This document shows positions 44,609 to 56,235 of a DNA stretch of 64,000 bases, piece after piece. Position 1 is the first letter of the stretch. Every line of letters begins with the position of its first letter. The stretch comes from Chloropicon primus. Its lineage: Eukaryota. The notes under the pieces were generated by a model that had not been told where the DNA came from, did not search any database, and was given only the letters and a program-made list of their open reading frames with translations. The position numbers and the translations under genes are program-made. The stretch is from the NCBI GenBank assembly GCA_023205875.1, contig CP060771.1, positions 372,001 through 436,000 on the forward strand, read 5' to 3'.

Positions 44609-45986
44609 ATGGCTGGAGGTTGCTGCGGAGAGAGCGAGGAGAAGGGCGAGCGAGGAGGAGGTTGCTGCGGACCGAAGGCGCCGCCACCTTCCTGCTGCGG
44701 TCCAAACATAACCTCAGCCTGCTGCGATGGGGAGGAAGACTTGACCAAAGTCCAAGAGGGTGTCAAGGAGTATTACGGCGAGGTGTTGAAGAGCACCAAT
44801 GACCTCCGTACCTCCGCGTGCACGTCGTGCGAGAAGCCAAACCCAAAGGTTGCTCAAGTTTTGAACAAGATACCAAAGCAAGTCACCGAACGCTTCTACG
44901 GCTGCGGATTCCCCGTGCCTCTCGGGATCGAGAACATGTAAGTGAGAACATGATGATGATGATGATGATGATGATGAAGATGATGATCTGTGTTCTCGAG
45001 GTTTTCTTTTCTTCTTGTTATTATTATGATGATTGACTGACGAGAGGGATCGTCGTAACGCGTGGCAACGTAACGCTCGGTCAGGCGGCTGCTTGACTTG
45101 GGGTGTGGCACGGGAAGGGACTGCTACATCGCGTCCGCCCTCGTGGGAGAGGAGGGAAAGGTAACGGGTGTGGACATGACCCCACAGCAGCTGGAGGTGG
45201 CTCAAGCTCACGCGGAGGAGTATTGCAAGGGTGGTCTCGGGTACGCCAAATCCAACATGAGTTTCGTCTCGGGGTACATTGAGGACCTCTCCTCGATCGA
45301 GCCGGGGTCCATCGACTTGGCGGTGTCCAACTGCGTGGTCAACCTGTCCACCTCCAAGGAAAAGGTTTTCGAAGAGCTCGAGCGGGTTCTCGCGCCGGGA
45401 GGGGAGTTCAGGTTCTCGGACGGTAAGTGTTTTCCTCTGTTCCTTTTTGCTTTGTCTGGCGGGGACTGCTGTTTCACGCTTGGCTGACACACACACACAC
45501 AAACTGTGTCTCTGTCACGACTCTCTCTCTCTCTCTCTCTCTCCAGTTTTCTCGGACAGAGTTCTTCCGGCCGAGATGCAGAACCACAAGGTGCTCGTCG
45601 GCGAGTGCCTCGGTGGGGCCATGGAGGTCAACCAGTTTCTGTCCATGGCCAAGAACGCCGGTTTCATGACGCCCTTGATGGTGAGCAAGACCCCGATCGA
45701 GGTCCACGACAAGGAGCTGGCGGCAATTCTCGGGGACACCAAGTTTGATTCCATAACCTACAGGGTCTTCAAGATACCGGAGGGAGACAGGCTCGGCGAG
45801 GAGGACTCCAAGACGGTCTCGTACAACGGTTCCTTGGAATTGTCGGAGGGCGCTTACAAAGTCAGCGCCGACCTCACCTTGCAGGCCGGAGAGAGGCACA
45901 AGGTGTCCGGGGATGTTGCGACCATACTCTGCAAGAGTTGGATCCAGAGGTTCTTCGATCAGCACTGCAGCGGATGCTGCTGCTAG
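44609..45986 (+). CDS. arsM: Arsenite S-adenosylmethionine methyltransferase (AS3MT/ArsM); introns 44938-45084 and 45423-45546
   Basis: VKEYYGEVLKSTNDLRTSAC, RFYGCG, LDLGCGTGRDCY, GVDMT, SNCVVNLS, GGEFRFSDV, GECLGGA. Confidence 0.95.
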
Positions 45987-46330
45987 TTGTTCGCAACAGC
46001 AAGAGCATCGCGTTTTGGAACACCACCCCTTCTCCCTCCACTTTCGTTCGTTCGTTCGTTCGTCCCCTCGTCTGGTTTGTGTAAAAGTCAGTCATTGCTC
46101 TAGTGTTTATGACAGATAGTTTAGTCTTGTCCAGGGCTCGCGTTTCGTGGTCCTTGTCCTTGTCCTTGTCCTTGTCTCGTGATCCCCGCCGCCTGGCGTC
46201 CTCGGCCGGAGAAAAGCAAGGCGTGGAGGATCCCTTTGAAGTCGAAGAACTTGGAAAAAAATGAGAGCAAGCGAGGCTCAACAGACTTGGTGGCGGAGCC
46301 TCGGAGGCTTGTGACAACCCACCGACCTCC

Positions 46331-47464
46331 TTAGAAGCACTTTCTGTGGACGACCGAGGGTCCCAGCTCGTCGTACTCGGATCTGGCGATCCACATGCCG
46401 GAGAAGGTGGAAAGGGAAGCCAAGATGGATCCTCCAATCCAGACACTGTACTTACGCTCAGGTGGAGCCACGACCTTGATCTTCATGGAGGAAGGAGCCA
46501 AAGTGGTGATCTCCTTGGTCATCCTCTCGGCGATGTTAGGGAACATCGTGGTACCTCCGGAGAGACAGATGTTTCCGTACAAGTCCTTACGGATATCAAC
46601 CTCGCACTTCATGATGGAGTTGTAGGTGAACACGTGGATACCCTTGGCCTCCATTCCGATCAAGTGAGGCTGGAACAAGACCTCTGGGCACCTGAACCTC
46701 TCGTTTCCGACGGTGATGACCTGTCCGTCAGGAAGATCGAATGGCCTCTCGATGCTCGATCCGCTCAAGGAGGTCTGCATCTCCTGCTCGAAGTCCACGG
46801 CGACGTAGCCCAACCTCTCCTTGATGTCACGGACAATCTCCCTCTCGGCGGAGGTGTTGAAGAAGTATCCACGCTCCGTCAAAATCTTCATCAAGTAGTC
46901 GGTCAAGTCCCTACCGGCAAGATCTAGACGCAAGATAGCGTGTGGAAGGGCGTAACCCTCGTAGATAGGAACAGTGTGCGAGACACCGTCACCAGAGTCA
47001 AGAACAATACCGGTGGTACGTCCAGTGGCGTACAAGGAAAGGACGGCCTGGATAGAGATGTACATGGCAGGGGTGTTGAAGGTCTCGAACATGATCTCAG
47101 TCATCTTCTCTCTGTTGCTCTTTGGGTTCAAAGGAGCCTCAGTCAAAAGGACTGGGTGCTCGTCAGGGGTCACACGGAGCTCGTTGTAGAAGGTGTGGTG
47201 CCAGATCTTCTCCATATCGTCCCAGTTGCTAACAACACCGTGCTCGATAGGGTACTTCAAGGAAAGGATACCTCTCTTGGAGATGGCCTCGTCACCGACG
47301 TAGGTGTCCCTCTGTCCCATACCAACCATAATACCCTGGTGTCTTGGTCTTCCCACAATGGAAGGGAAAACGGCACGAGGGGCATCGTCTCCGGCGAAAC
47401 CGGCCTTCACCATTCCGGAACCATTGTCGCACACCAAGGCAGACACTTCTCCGTCTTCAGCCAT
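46331..47464 (-). CDS. ACT: Actin (copy A), intronless CDS, probable 5'-leader intron 47465-47824
   Basis: [23 protein letters not shown]...[18 protein letters not shown]...VHRKCF, 377 aa. Confidence 0.99.
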   Translation of the reverse strand: MAEDGEVSALVCDNGSGMVKAGFAGDDAPRAVFPSIVGRPRHQGIMVGMGQRDTYVGDEAISKRGILSLKYPIEHGVVSNWDDMEKIWHHTFYNELRVTPDEHPVLLTEAPLNPKSNREKMTEIMFETFNTPAMYISIQAVLSLYATGRTTGIVLDSGDGVSHTVPIYEGYALPHAILRLDLAGRDLTDYLMKILTERGYFFNTSAEREIVRDIKERLGYVAVDFEQEMQTSLSGSSIERPFDLPDGQVITVGNERFRCPEVLFQPHLIGMEAKGIHVFTYNSIMKCEVDIRKDLYGNICLSGGTTMFPNIAERMTKEITTLAPSSMKIKVVAPPERKYSVWIGGSILASLSTFSGMWIARSEYDELGPSVVHRKCF

Positions 47465-47997
47465 CTGACAGGCACAGGCAAAGGCAGCAACAACGACAAG
47501 GGAAAGGGTCAGTGGGTATTACTTTGTCTTGAAGCGGCTTTGGTTTCTTTCCCTGTGCAGGAGAGAGATCGAGAGAGAAAGGGTCCAACTCTCCAGTGCC
47601 TCTGTGTTTCGGGCAAGCATTACGATGGCCAATTGCGAATGGCCAAGGGACCAAGAAGGCGTTCTTTCCTTTCCCTCTGAACAAGAAGTCTCTCTCTTTC
47701 TGGGTTTGTTTGTTTAGCTCTCGTCAAGCCTTCCCGCCAAGAAAAAAGCTTTCGTGCTAGCGGTGGGAGGGAAACATAACATAACGGCGGTGGAGTGCGG
47801 CGGTCACGAGGACGTTTGTCTTACCTCTACGCTTGTTGTGTTGCTCGAACTTGCTTCAAAAAAAGCTTGGTTAAGAGGAAAGAAAAAGAACGTTCCCTTG
47901 CGTTAATGAACTCGAACCGCGATGGCTCTCTCTCACTTAGGGTTGCGTTGTCGAGGGATCACTCAGCAGCCACTTTGCTCCTCTCCCTCGTCCTTGG

Positions 47998-48270
47998 CGA
48001 AATGGATTCGCAATATTCCATGAAACACGTTCCAAAGGGGCGTCCAGTCGAGAACCACGCAACACCGGTTTACTACAATATGGGAACAACACTGTGTTAA
48101 CGTCGTAGAAAGAACACATGATTTGCCGCAATTCCGCAAAATGGATTCGCAATATTCCGTGAAACACGTTCCAAGAGGGCGTCCCGTCGAGGCCCCTCAA
48201 GACTGTTTTATTGCTTTATGGTCACAACACTGTGTTAACTTCGTAGAAAGCAAATATGATTTGCCGCAAT
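47998..48270. repeat. Imperfect tandem pair, 139-bp period
   Basis: ATGGATTCGCAATATTCC at 48002 and 48141; both units end ATGATTTGCCGCAAT. Confidence 0.9.
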
Positions 48271-48439
48271 CGGGACGCTCGTCTTGGCGATGATTAGGGT
48301 CAGGTTGAGAAAGGAGAGGAGGATCAAGGAGCAGGACAACTGTAACCCAGGTGGAGAGGAGTCAAGTGATGATGGTGAGGAGGCAGGGGATTAGCACAAC
48401 AAGAGAAAGACGAGGCCTTGCCGAGCGAGTTTTAAACCA

Positions 48440-48487
<48 letters not shown>

Positions 48488-49134
48488 GCTGCAGCAGCAC
48501 GGGCTTTTCAAGCATCACCCCTCTCCCCTGCCGTGTTTCTTTTGTTCAGGAAGTTATGCTCCGTGTGGATATTGTTTTGAGCGTGTGACGTCACACACAG
48601 GCTGGATGAGGAGTGTCATCCAGCCCAGCAAGGGGGACACTCCATCTTCATCTCTCCCTCCTGCATGCAGCGATGGGAGGACAGGCCGGGCAATGGGAAC
48701 ATCGCTGCGGTCCAATGATCCAATGCCACTTCAATCACTCTGTCTCCGAGAGACCGGCCCGTGAAAAGATCCAGCCTGTGAAAAGAAGGGCGCCGACACC
48801 CCCGCGGACATCGATCCGAGCGAGCGCAACCCCTTCTCCCTCCACTTTCGTTCGTTCGTTCGTTCGTCCCCTCGTCTGGTTTGTGTAAAAGTCAGTCATT
48901 GCTCTAGTGTTTATGACAGATAGTTTAGTCTTGTCCAGGGCTCGCGTTTCGTGGTCCTTGTCCTTGTCCTTGTCCTTGTCTCGTGATCCCCGCCGCCTGG
49001 CGTCCTCGGCCGGAGAAAAGCAAGGCGTGGAGGATCCCTTTGAAGTCGAAGAACTTGGAAAAAAATGAGAGCAAGCGAGGCTCAACAGACTTGGTGGCGG
49101 AGCCTCGGAGGCTTGTGACAACCCACCGACCTCC

Positions 49135-50268
49135 TTAGAAGCACTTTCTGTGGACGACCGAGGGTCCCAGCTCGTCGTACTCGGATCTGGCGATCCACAT
49201 GCCGGAGAAGGTGGAAAGGGAAGCCAAGATGGATCCTCCAATCCAGACACTGTACTTACGCTCAGGTGGAGCCACGACCTTGATCTTCATGGAGGAAGGA
49301 GCCAAAGTGGTGATCTCCTTGGTCATCCTCTCGGCGATGTTAGGGAACATCGTGGTACCTCCGGAGAGACAGATGTTTCCGTACAAGTCCTTACGGATAT
49401 CAACCTCGCACTTCATGATGGAGTTGTAGGTGAACACGTGGATACCCTTGGCCTCCATTCCGATCAAGTGAGGCTGGAACAAGACCTCTGGGCACCTGAA
49501 CCTCTCGTTTCCGACGGTGATGACCTGTCCGTCAGGAAGATCGAATGGCCTCTCGATGCTCGATCCGCTCAAGGAGGTCTGCATCTCCTGCTCGAAGTCC
49601 ACGGCGACGTAGCCCAACCTCTCCTTGATGTCACGGACAATCTCCCTCTCGGCGGAGGTGTTGAAGAAGTATCCACGCTCCGTCAAAATCTTCATCAAGT
49701 AGTCGGTCAAGTCCCTACCGGCAAGATCTAGACGCAAGATAGCGTGTGGAAGGGCGTAACCCTCGTAGATAGGAACAGTGTGCGAGACACCGTCACCAGA
49801 GTCAAGAACAATACCGGTGGTACGTCCAGTGGCGTACAAGGAAAGGACGGCCTGGATAGAGATGTACATGGCAGGGGTGTTGAAGGTCTCGAACATGATC
49901 TCAGTCATCTTCTCTCTGTTGCTCTTTGGGTTCAAAGGAGCCTCAGTCAAAAGGACTGGGTGCTCGTCAGGGGTCACACGGAGCTCGTTGTAGAAGGTGT
50001 GGTGCCAGATCTTCTCCATATCGTCCCAGTTGCTAACAACACCGTGCTCGATAGGGTACTTCAAGGAAAGGATACCTCTCTTGGAGATGGCCTCGTCACC
50101 GACGTAGGTGTCCCTCTGTCCCATACCAACCATAATACCCTGGTGTCTTGGTCTTCCCACAATGGAAGGGAAAACGGCACGAGGGGCATCGTCTCCGGCG
50201 AAACCGGCCTTCACCATTCCGGAACCATTGTCGCACACCAAGGCAGACACTTCTCCGTCTTCAGCCAT
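49135..50268 (-). CDS. ACT: Actin (copy B), same protein as copy A, probable 5'-leader intron 50269-50798
   Basis: Same protein; true start is ATG 50268, preceded by a CAG acceptor. 48829-50272 duplicates 46025-47468. Confidence 0.99.
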   Translation of the reverse strand: MAEDGEVSALVCDNGSGMVKAGFAGDDAPRAVFPSIVGRPRHQGIMVGMGQRDTYVGDEAISKRGILSLKYPIEHGVVSNWDDMEKIWHHTFYNELRVTPDEHPVLLTEAPLNPKSNREKMTEIMFETFNTPAMYISIQAVLSLYATGRTTGIVLDSGDGVSHTVPIYEGYALPHAILRLDLAGRDLTDYLMKILTERGYFFNTSAEREIVRDIKERLGYVAVDFEQEMQTSLSGSSIERPFDLPDGQVITVGNERFRCPEVLFQPHLIGMEAKGIHVFTYNSIMKCEVDIRKDLYGNICLSGGTTMFPNIAERMTKEITTLAPSSMKIKVVAPPERKYSVWIGGSILASLSTFSGMWIARSEYDELGPSVVHRKCF

Positions 50269-50926
50269 CTGAGAGCCAGGCCAAAGGGAGGACCAAAACA
50301 AACACACACAACACACACAGGCACAGGCAGCAACAACAACAAGGGCAGAGGCAAGAAGAATGGCGCACGCACACGGACGCACCAGAGCAAGACGGGACGG
50401 CAAGTAGAAGGGTCAGTGGGTGTTGCTTGTTCAATCCAGGAGAGACTTTGGTTCTTGCTCATGAACCCAAAGAAAGAAAGAAAGAAAAAAAAAACGGCGG
50501 AAGCACAAGGAACACCAACAAAAGTCGGCATGGCGGTCGCTCGATTGCACAGCCTCGTCCTCCGATCGCCCAATCCATTCGCATTCTCCTCCCGTGTCTC
50601 CGCGGAGAAAGATGAATGAACTTTGGTGGCGGCAGGAAGAGCTTTGTGTTCCCCCCCAAAAGATCGTATCTTTTCTTGTGGGGTTGCCGCGCTTCTCCCT
50701 TTGGTGCAAGCGTTCCCCGTGGTCCGATGAGGAAACCTTGCAAAGGTGTCCGGTCTCGCCGTCTTCGTCGTCTCTCTCTTGGTCCCTCTTGCTCTTACCT
50801 TTACTGTCGTACTACTAAGGGGGGGATAAACTTTGAGCTGACGTCGCTTCGTCGGCCGCTTGCTGCTTTCTTCCTAAACCTTCTCGGGTTTCTTCGTCCG
50901 GAGTTTGACACGAGACACCGAAGAAC

Positions 50927-50959
<33 letters not shown>

Positions 50960-51399
50960 GGAGAGACTTTTCCAAGGCCAAGGAGGGAAGGGCAAGAGGA
51001 AGCCAACGTCGGTGGGGATTAAGGGAATAGGCATAGGGGACAGGGTGGCACGACGGCACGACGGAAGAAAGGAAAAGGTTTCGACGACGGACGACGGACG
51101 ATTGGCAAAGATCACGTCTTGTCTTGTCTTGTCTTGCGTTGAGCACGAGAATTACGGCGGGAGAATCCAAGCGGGTTTGAACCCCATGGAAGGGCGGGAG
51201 GGGAGGAGGAGTCGCGTCGTTGTGGTCGTCGTGGTCGTGGTTGTCTTGTCCGTAAAAAAAAAACAAGAAGGAAAGAAAAGGAAAAAAGAAAATGATGATC
51301 AGGAGAGAAGCCTGAGGACCTGATGATGCCTTGCTTGGTGTTCGGTTCCGCACTAGGGATGGGAAGCACACCAACAAAAAAGAAGAAAGGGCCGAGGAC

Positions 51400-51435
<36 letters not shown>

Positions 51436-52156
51436 AAAGGAGGCCCCCTTTTCTCTCTCTCTCTCTCCACTGCCTCTCGCTCCGCTCGCGCTCTCTCTCA
51501 TCCCACATTCCGCATTCTACGCACGAAGTTCGAACTCCAGAGCTCCCTCTGCGCGCCAAAAATTTTTCGATCGATCGTCGATCTCGATCGAGGGAGGGGA
51601 GGATCTGGCGCAAGCAAAGGCAAGGATCGCGATCGATCGCACTGCACGACTGAGGACTCGAAAGCGCGCGATCACTCGCGCGATCACAAGTACGTCTCAC
51701 GAGCTCTCGATCGGTACCTCACTTGACCTCGCGGTCCCCGCGGCACTCGGTCCAGGACCTCGCGTTCGATCCGGAACCTCGCCCTCCTCCTCGAGCCGGG
51801 TTTAGAGAGGGAAGGGTTAAAATTTTTTTTCGGTGGACGGCAGACGATCGATCGCACGCGGCGCACGACGACGACGACGAGGGGGGAGGAAGGAGAGAGC
51901 GACGCGGCGCGCGCCCCGTTCCGACGAAAGGCTCCGACGACGACGTTGACACGTTTTGAGTCACTCTTTGCTTGCAGAGTTTCTGTTTCCTGTGTCCCGG
52001 TTCATTCCATTTGCTTTGCCCTTCGATCTTCGAAGATCGTGGCCGTGCGAATCGAACGTACGGTCGAGCGAAGAAGAAGCCGGGTTTGCGATCGCTTGAG
52101 TGGTAACGGACGGGTGAGTGGATCGACCGCAGCGTAACGCTTCGCCAGTGTTCGCC

Positions 52157-55100
52157 ATGCCGCTGTTGGGACGCGTGGTGTACGAGGTGAAGCCTGGGAG
52201 GGGGGGCATAACGTACAAGGCGGAGCCTGAGCCGAAGAAGGAGGCCAAGGAGGCCAAGGATGATCAAGTGAAGGCGGAGAAGGAGAACGGGGACCCCATG
52301 GAGATCGACAAGGACAAGGGCAAGGAAGCCACGACGCCGGTGAAGCAGGACAAGGGTGCAGGTGCCACGGCGGACAAGCAGCAGCAGGTTGTTGCGGCGG
52401 CGAAGAGGCCTGCAAAGGCTCTGACGGACGTGTTCGTGATGCGGATCACCGGGGAGGTGTTCGAGAGCTACGAGGATTACCTCGTGGCGCACCGGTCGTA
52501 CTGCGCGAGGAAGTGGTCGTGCAGGTACACGGGGGCCTCGAACTTGACGTTCGAGGAGGCCCTGCAGAGCGAGACGAAGCACGGTCTTTACTCAGGGGAG
52601 ATGCCGGCGACGCACGTGGAGCCCGCGCTGCGGGTCCTCCACCACTCGCTGCTGAACACGGAGATGGTGGTGAGGAAGATAGTGAGCACCTTCACGGGCC
52701 AGCTCGTCCCGGGGGAGTCCGTCATGGTCGGGGAGAAGGACTACGTCGTCGTGGAAGAGGTGGAGCAGGACAGGACCCCCGAGGCCACCGGGAGCAGCAA
52801 GCACTTCAAGCTTAGGGAGAAGGTGCACGGCAACGTCCTGCCTTGCCTGGCGAGGGAGCTGATCAAGAGGAAGAAGCACCCCCTGAACAAGCACATGGTG
52901 CGCAAGTGGTTGTACGACGTCGCGGAGAACAAGACCATTTACGAGAACAAGCACCTCGAGGTGAGAGGGAGCAGGAAGAAGAACGCTTGGTTCGTTCTCC
53001 CGGACTTGGCCAAGAAGTTCTCTTTGCCCGAGGAGCTCCCCTTCGGCCTGAGCTTCACCCCGGCGATGAGCAAGAAGAACAGGGACAAGATCGCCGCAAA
53101 GGAGGCCCGGGAGAAGAGGAAGCTCGAGGAGAAGGAGTCCAGGGAGGCCGCCAAGAAGGTCAAGAAGATGGAGAGGAACCCAAACGTCACAGTTTTGAAG
53201 CACGGGTCCATGAAGTTCGCCGCCTTCGAGGTCCTGAAGAACGCGGGGGACCAAGGTCTGAGCGTGAACGACATCATCCAGAGGGCCCAGGCCGCTGGGT
53301 TGAGGGACTTCAGCACAACGAACGCGGCCTACAACAAGCTCTTTGGGTCCCTTTGCGCGGCCCCCCACTTGTTCACCAAGATTGACAAGGGAATCTTCTG
53401 CATACGAAAGCCGTCTGGGGAGGAGGGGGACGAGGGGCCAATCATCCACGTGGAGGGCCCGAGGACGCCCGACGAGAGGGACTCGAAGCGGAAGGGTGCT
53501 AACGGGGCGGCGTTTACGTCGTCCCCCCCCGGGGGAGGCAAGCCCAAGGAATCTCACATGGTTAAAATCGCCAAAGCCGCCGTGCAGAAGCTCGAGGAAA
53601 GGGTGGCCAAGGCCGAGGAGGCCATCAAGGAGATCACGAACACGATCCAGCTGCAGGCCAAGGAGAAGCCCAAGAAGATTGAAGTTCCCCCAGAGCTGAT
53701 CTGGAACCCCGAATTGGAGACATTCACGGGCGACGAGTACGACAGGAAGGCTGTCATGGGCCACAGAAAGTGGGTGGAGACCGAGAAGGCGAGGATGGCT
53801 CACGAGGCCGACCTCTACGTCAAGCAGCACAAGCAGGCCGAGAAGAAGGCCAAGTTGGCGAGCAAGGCCCAGCTGCAGAAGGCCACCGGGGAGCTTTACG
53901 CGGCCAGGGAGCAGCTGAAGAAAGCCCAAAAGGTTTTGGTCAAGGCTGAGAGCATCAGCCTGATCAAGTCCGGCGACTTTTCGGCGATCCAGCTCACAAA
54001 GGACAAGGACCTTCAGAGGGAGCTCGAAAGGGAGAGGGTCCTGGCCGAAAAGAAGATGAAAAGGGAAGAGGAGAAGGAACAGAATCGGTTGAAGAGGGAG
54101 AAGGAGATGGAAGAGAGAAGGCGCCTGAAGGAGATCGCCAACCTCGAGAGAAGGTTCCCCCTGGAAGACAAGCTCCTTGTGGAAGAAATCAATAAGCTCA
54201 GGGAGAAGGACCTCCCCATAGACCTGCCACGGGACTTGCCAGAGGTTCACGACGCTGTGGACTCAAGCTTTGTGAAGCTATGCGAGGTTGCCACGTGCCT
54301 TTTCATCTTCGGAAAGATGCTCGGGATGCAGCCCTTGAAGTTCCACGAGTTGGCAGAGATGGTCAAGCTGCCGGGGCCTGCCTTGGCTGGCCTCTATCGA
54401 GACCTGCTCAGCGTTCTGCTTCTGGATGGCTCTCAGCACCCAAGTGGCCTCCGCAGGATCAGGCGATGGATCTACACCATGACATCCGAGTGGGGTTGCG
54501 TTGCGTGGCCGGATGTGCTTGCGAGGTACATCCTCACCAAGCCTGGCGTGGGGGACATGGTGAAGAGCGCTGCATGTCAGCTGCAGGAGAAGGAATACCA
54601 GAAGATCAGTTACGAGGATCACGTGGAGCTTCTCCGATTCCTTTTGGATGACGTCGTGGAGACCCGATTGGTCCACGAGGAGATCGACAGGTGGCAGGAG
54701 GAAAGGGAGGACTTCATTTCTCAGAAGAGGGAGGCGAGAATGGATCTGAACAGGAAGAGGAGGGAGAGAGCCGAGGCCGAAAAAGAGAAGAGAAGGAAAA
54801 TCGAGGAGGAGAAGAAAAAGAAGAAGGAGGAAATTTTGAGGCTCATGGAGGAAGCCAGAGATAGGGGAGAGGATGCCACCGCCATCAAATTCGATCATCT
54901 GGATGACAACGATGAGGACGACGAGGACGACGAGGAGAGGTTCCAGATCCCTGAGGAGAAGCTTGAGTACCAGGGCGACCCCATGGACAGAAAGGCCGTG
55001 CTGGCTCACAGGAAGTGGGTGGAGGCAGAGAAGACGAGGCTGTCGAGGGAATACGAAGTCTACATCAAGGAAAAGCACAAGAGACAAAGGGAGGAGCAGA

Positions 55101-56125
55101 TCAGGCTAAAGGAGGAGCAGAAAGCCATCGAGGAGGAGGAGTCCACCCACGACAGGATGCAGGATGCCTTGGACAGGGAGCTGGACAAGAGGCCTATTCG
55201 CCTGGCCCCCCTTGGCTTGGACAGGAACAAGGTCAAGTACTATTGGAACATGGCTGGCCAGAAGACGGCGATTTATGCGCAGAGCCCCGAGACTGGCGAT
55301 TGGAAGTGTTTCTCCGATGAGAAGACATTGGACGATCTCCTCGGCTCCCTTGACAGCAGGGGCAAGAGAGAGAGTATCCTGTTGGAGAACATGCAGAGGA
55401 AGCAAGCCTCGATCAGGTCCAGCTTTGGGAAGGAGGGGGAGGACGTGACCTCCAAGCCGGCCCGCTCGGAGAGGACGAGGTCGAGCTCCAGGCTGGCGTC
55501 GGTCCCAAACTACTCTGAGAATGGGTCTGGCAGGAACCTGGGCACACTCTCCAGCAGTAGCACGGAGAGCGACGTCCTGGACTGCGAGCAGGACTCTCTC
55601 GAGTTCCTTGGGCACGAACTGGAAAGCATCGCAATCACAGCGGACAAGTGCAACGTCCCATACGTCGTCGCAAGCGAGGCCGCCGGAGACGATGCGACGG
55701 ACAACCCGGGTTGGAAACCTTGGTTGCTTAAGATGAAGGCCGCCCTCAAGGACGAGGAGGGCCTCTCCATCCAATCCATCGAGACTTTGCTTTTGGACAT
55801 GGAAGACGCCATCTGGAACAACTTCCCCAACGCCGAGGACGACTTTGTGGCGTCCGGGAAGATCAACGGGGACTTTGCTGAAATGATGGACAACTCGAGC
55901 AGTGACGAGGAGATTGACGAGAGGTCCTTGGAAGGGTACGCCAAGATGAAGAGGAAGATGAGGAACAAGCTTCTTTGGTTCAGCAACCAAGAGAGAGAGG
56001 CGTGGAAGCAGCTGGTCACCGACAGCAAGACTGTCTCCCAGGTGGGATACTGCGCAGCTGTCCTCGAGCAGAGGTTCACCATTGTCCAGAGGACCATGTC
56101 CAAGAAGAAGGGAGCAAGGAGGTGA
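52157..56125 (+). CDS. ISWI-complex subunit ACF1/BAZ1A/Itc1-like: WAC + HARE-HTH + DDT + WHIM1 + WSD
   Basis: WAC (MPLL...ITGEVFESYEDY...WSCRYTGASNLTFEEALQSE), HARE-HTH (GSMKFAAFEVL...GLRDF), DDT (FIFGKMLGMQP), WSD (RPIRLAPLGLDRNKVKYYW...LDSRGKRESIL). Confidence 0.88.
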   Translation: MPLLGRVVYEVKPGRGGITYKAEPEPKKEAKEAKDDQVKAEKENGDPMEIDKDKGKEATTPVKQDKGAGATADKQQQVVAAAKRPAKALTDVFVMRITGEVFESYEDYLVAHRSYCARKWSCRYTGASNLTFEEALQSETKHGLYSGEMPATHVEPALRVLHHSLLNTEMVVRKIVSTFTGQLVPGESVMVGEKDYVVVEEVEQDRTPEATGSSKHFKLREKVHGNVLPCLARELIKRKKHPLNKHMVRKWLYDVAENKTIYENKHLEVRGSRKKNAWFVLPDLAKKFSLPEELPFGLSFTPAMSKKNRDKIAAKEAREKRKLEEKESREAAKKVKKMERNPNVTVLKHGSMKFAAFEVLKNAGDQGLSVNDIIQRAQAAGLRDFSTTNAAYNKLFGSLCAAPHLFTKIDKGIFCIRKPSGEEGDEGPIIHVEGPRTPDERDSKRKGANGAAFTSSPPGGGKPKESHMVKIAKAAVQKLEERVAKAEEAIKEITNTIQLQAKEKPKKIEVPPELIWNPELETFTGDEYDRKAVMGHRKWVETEKARMAHEADLYVKQHKQAEKKAKLASKAQLQKATGELYAAREQLKKAQKVLVKAESISLIKSGDFSAIQLTKDKDLQRELERERVLAEKKMKREEEKEQNRLKREKEMEERRRLKEIANLERRFPLEDKLLVEEINKLREKDLPIDLPRDLPEVHDAVDSSFVKLCEVATCLFIFGKMLGMQPLKFHELAEMVKLPGPALAGLYRDLLSVLLLDGSQHPSGLRRIRRWIYTMTSEWGCVAWPDVLARYILTKPGVGDMVKSAACQLQEKEYQKISYEDHVELLRFLLDDVVETRLVHEEIDRWQEEREDFISQKREARMDLNRKRRERAEAEKEKRRKIEEEKKKKKEEILRLMEEARDRGEDATAIKFDHLDDNDEDDEDDEERFQIPEEKLEYQGDPMDRKAVLAHRKWVEAEKTRLSREYEVYIKEKHKRQREEQIRLKEEQKAIEEEESTHDRMQDALDRELDKRPIRLAPLGLDRNKVKYYWNMAGQKTAIYAQSPETGDWKCFSDEKTLDDLLGSLDSRGKRESILLENMQRKQASIRSSFGKEGEDVTSKPARSERTRSSSRLASVPNYSENGSGRNLGTLSSSSTESDVLDCEQDSLEFLGHELESIAITADKCNVPYVVASEAAGDDATDNPGWKPWLLKMKAALKDEEGLSIQSIETLLLDMEDAIWNNFPNAEDDFVASGKINGDFAEMMDNSSSDEEIDERSLEGYAKMKRKMRNKLLWFSNQEREAWKQLVTDSKTVSQVGYCAAVLEQRFTIVQRTMSKKKGARR

Positions 56126-56235
56126 AGCCAAAGGTGTTTGTTGTTGCCTTGCATTTAAAAAAATCTTTATGGTTCTTGTATCTCATTGTTGTAGTATAAT
56201 TCAGAGCATTGTTCATATATTTTGGCGAGGGCTCT

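Noticed and set aside
44609..45986. Selenocysteine recoding in the methyltransferase
   Set aside because: The spliced model has no in-frame TGA.
47998..48270. Repeat-spacer-repeat appearance
   Set aside because: Only two units, and the middles still align weakly; not a CRISPR.
50269..50403. 45-aa hydrophobic N-terminal extension on actin B
   Set aside because: It is a non-ATG start reading through a pyrimidine/TG-rich leader intron that ends in CAG right before the ATG.
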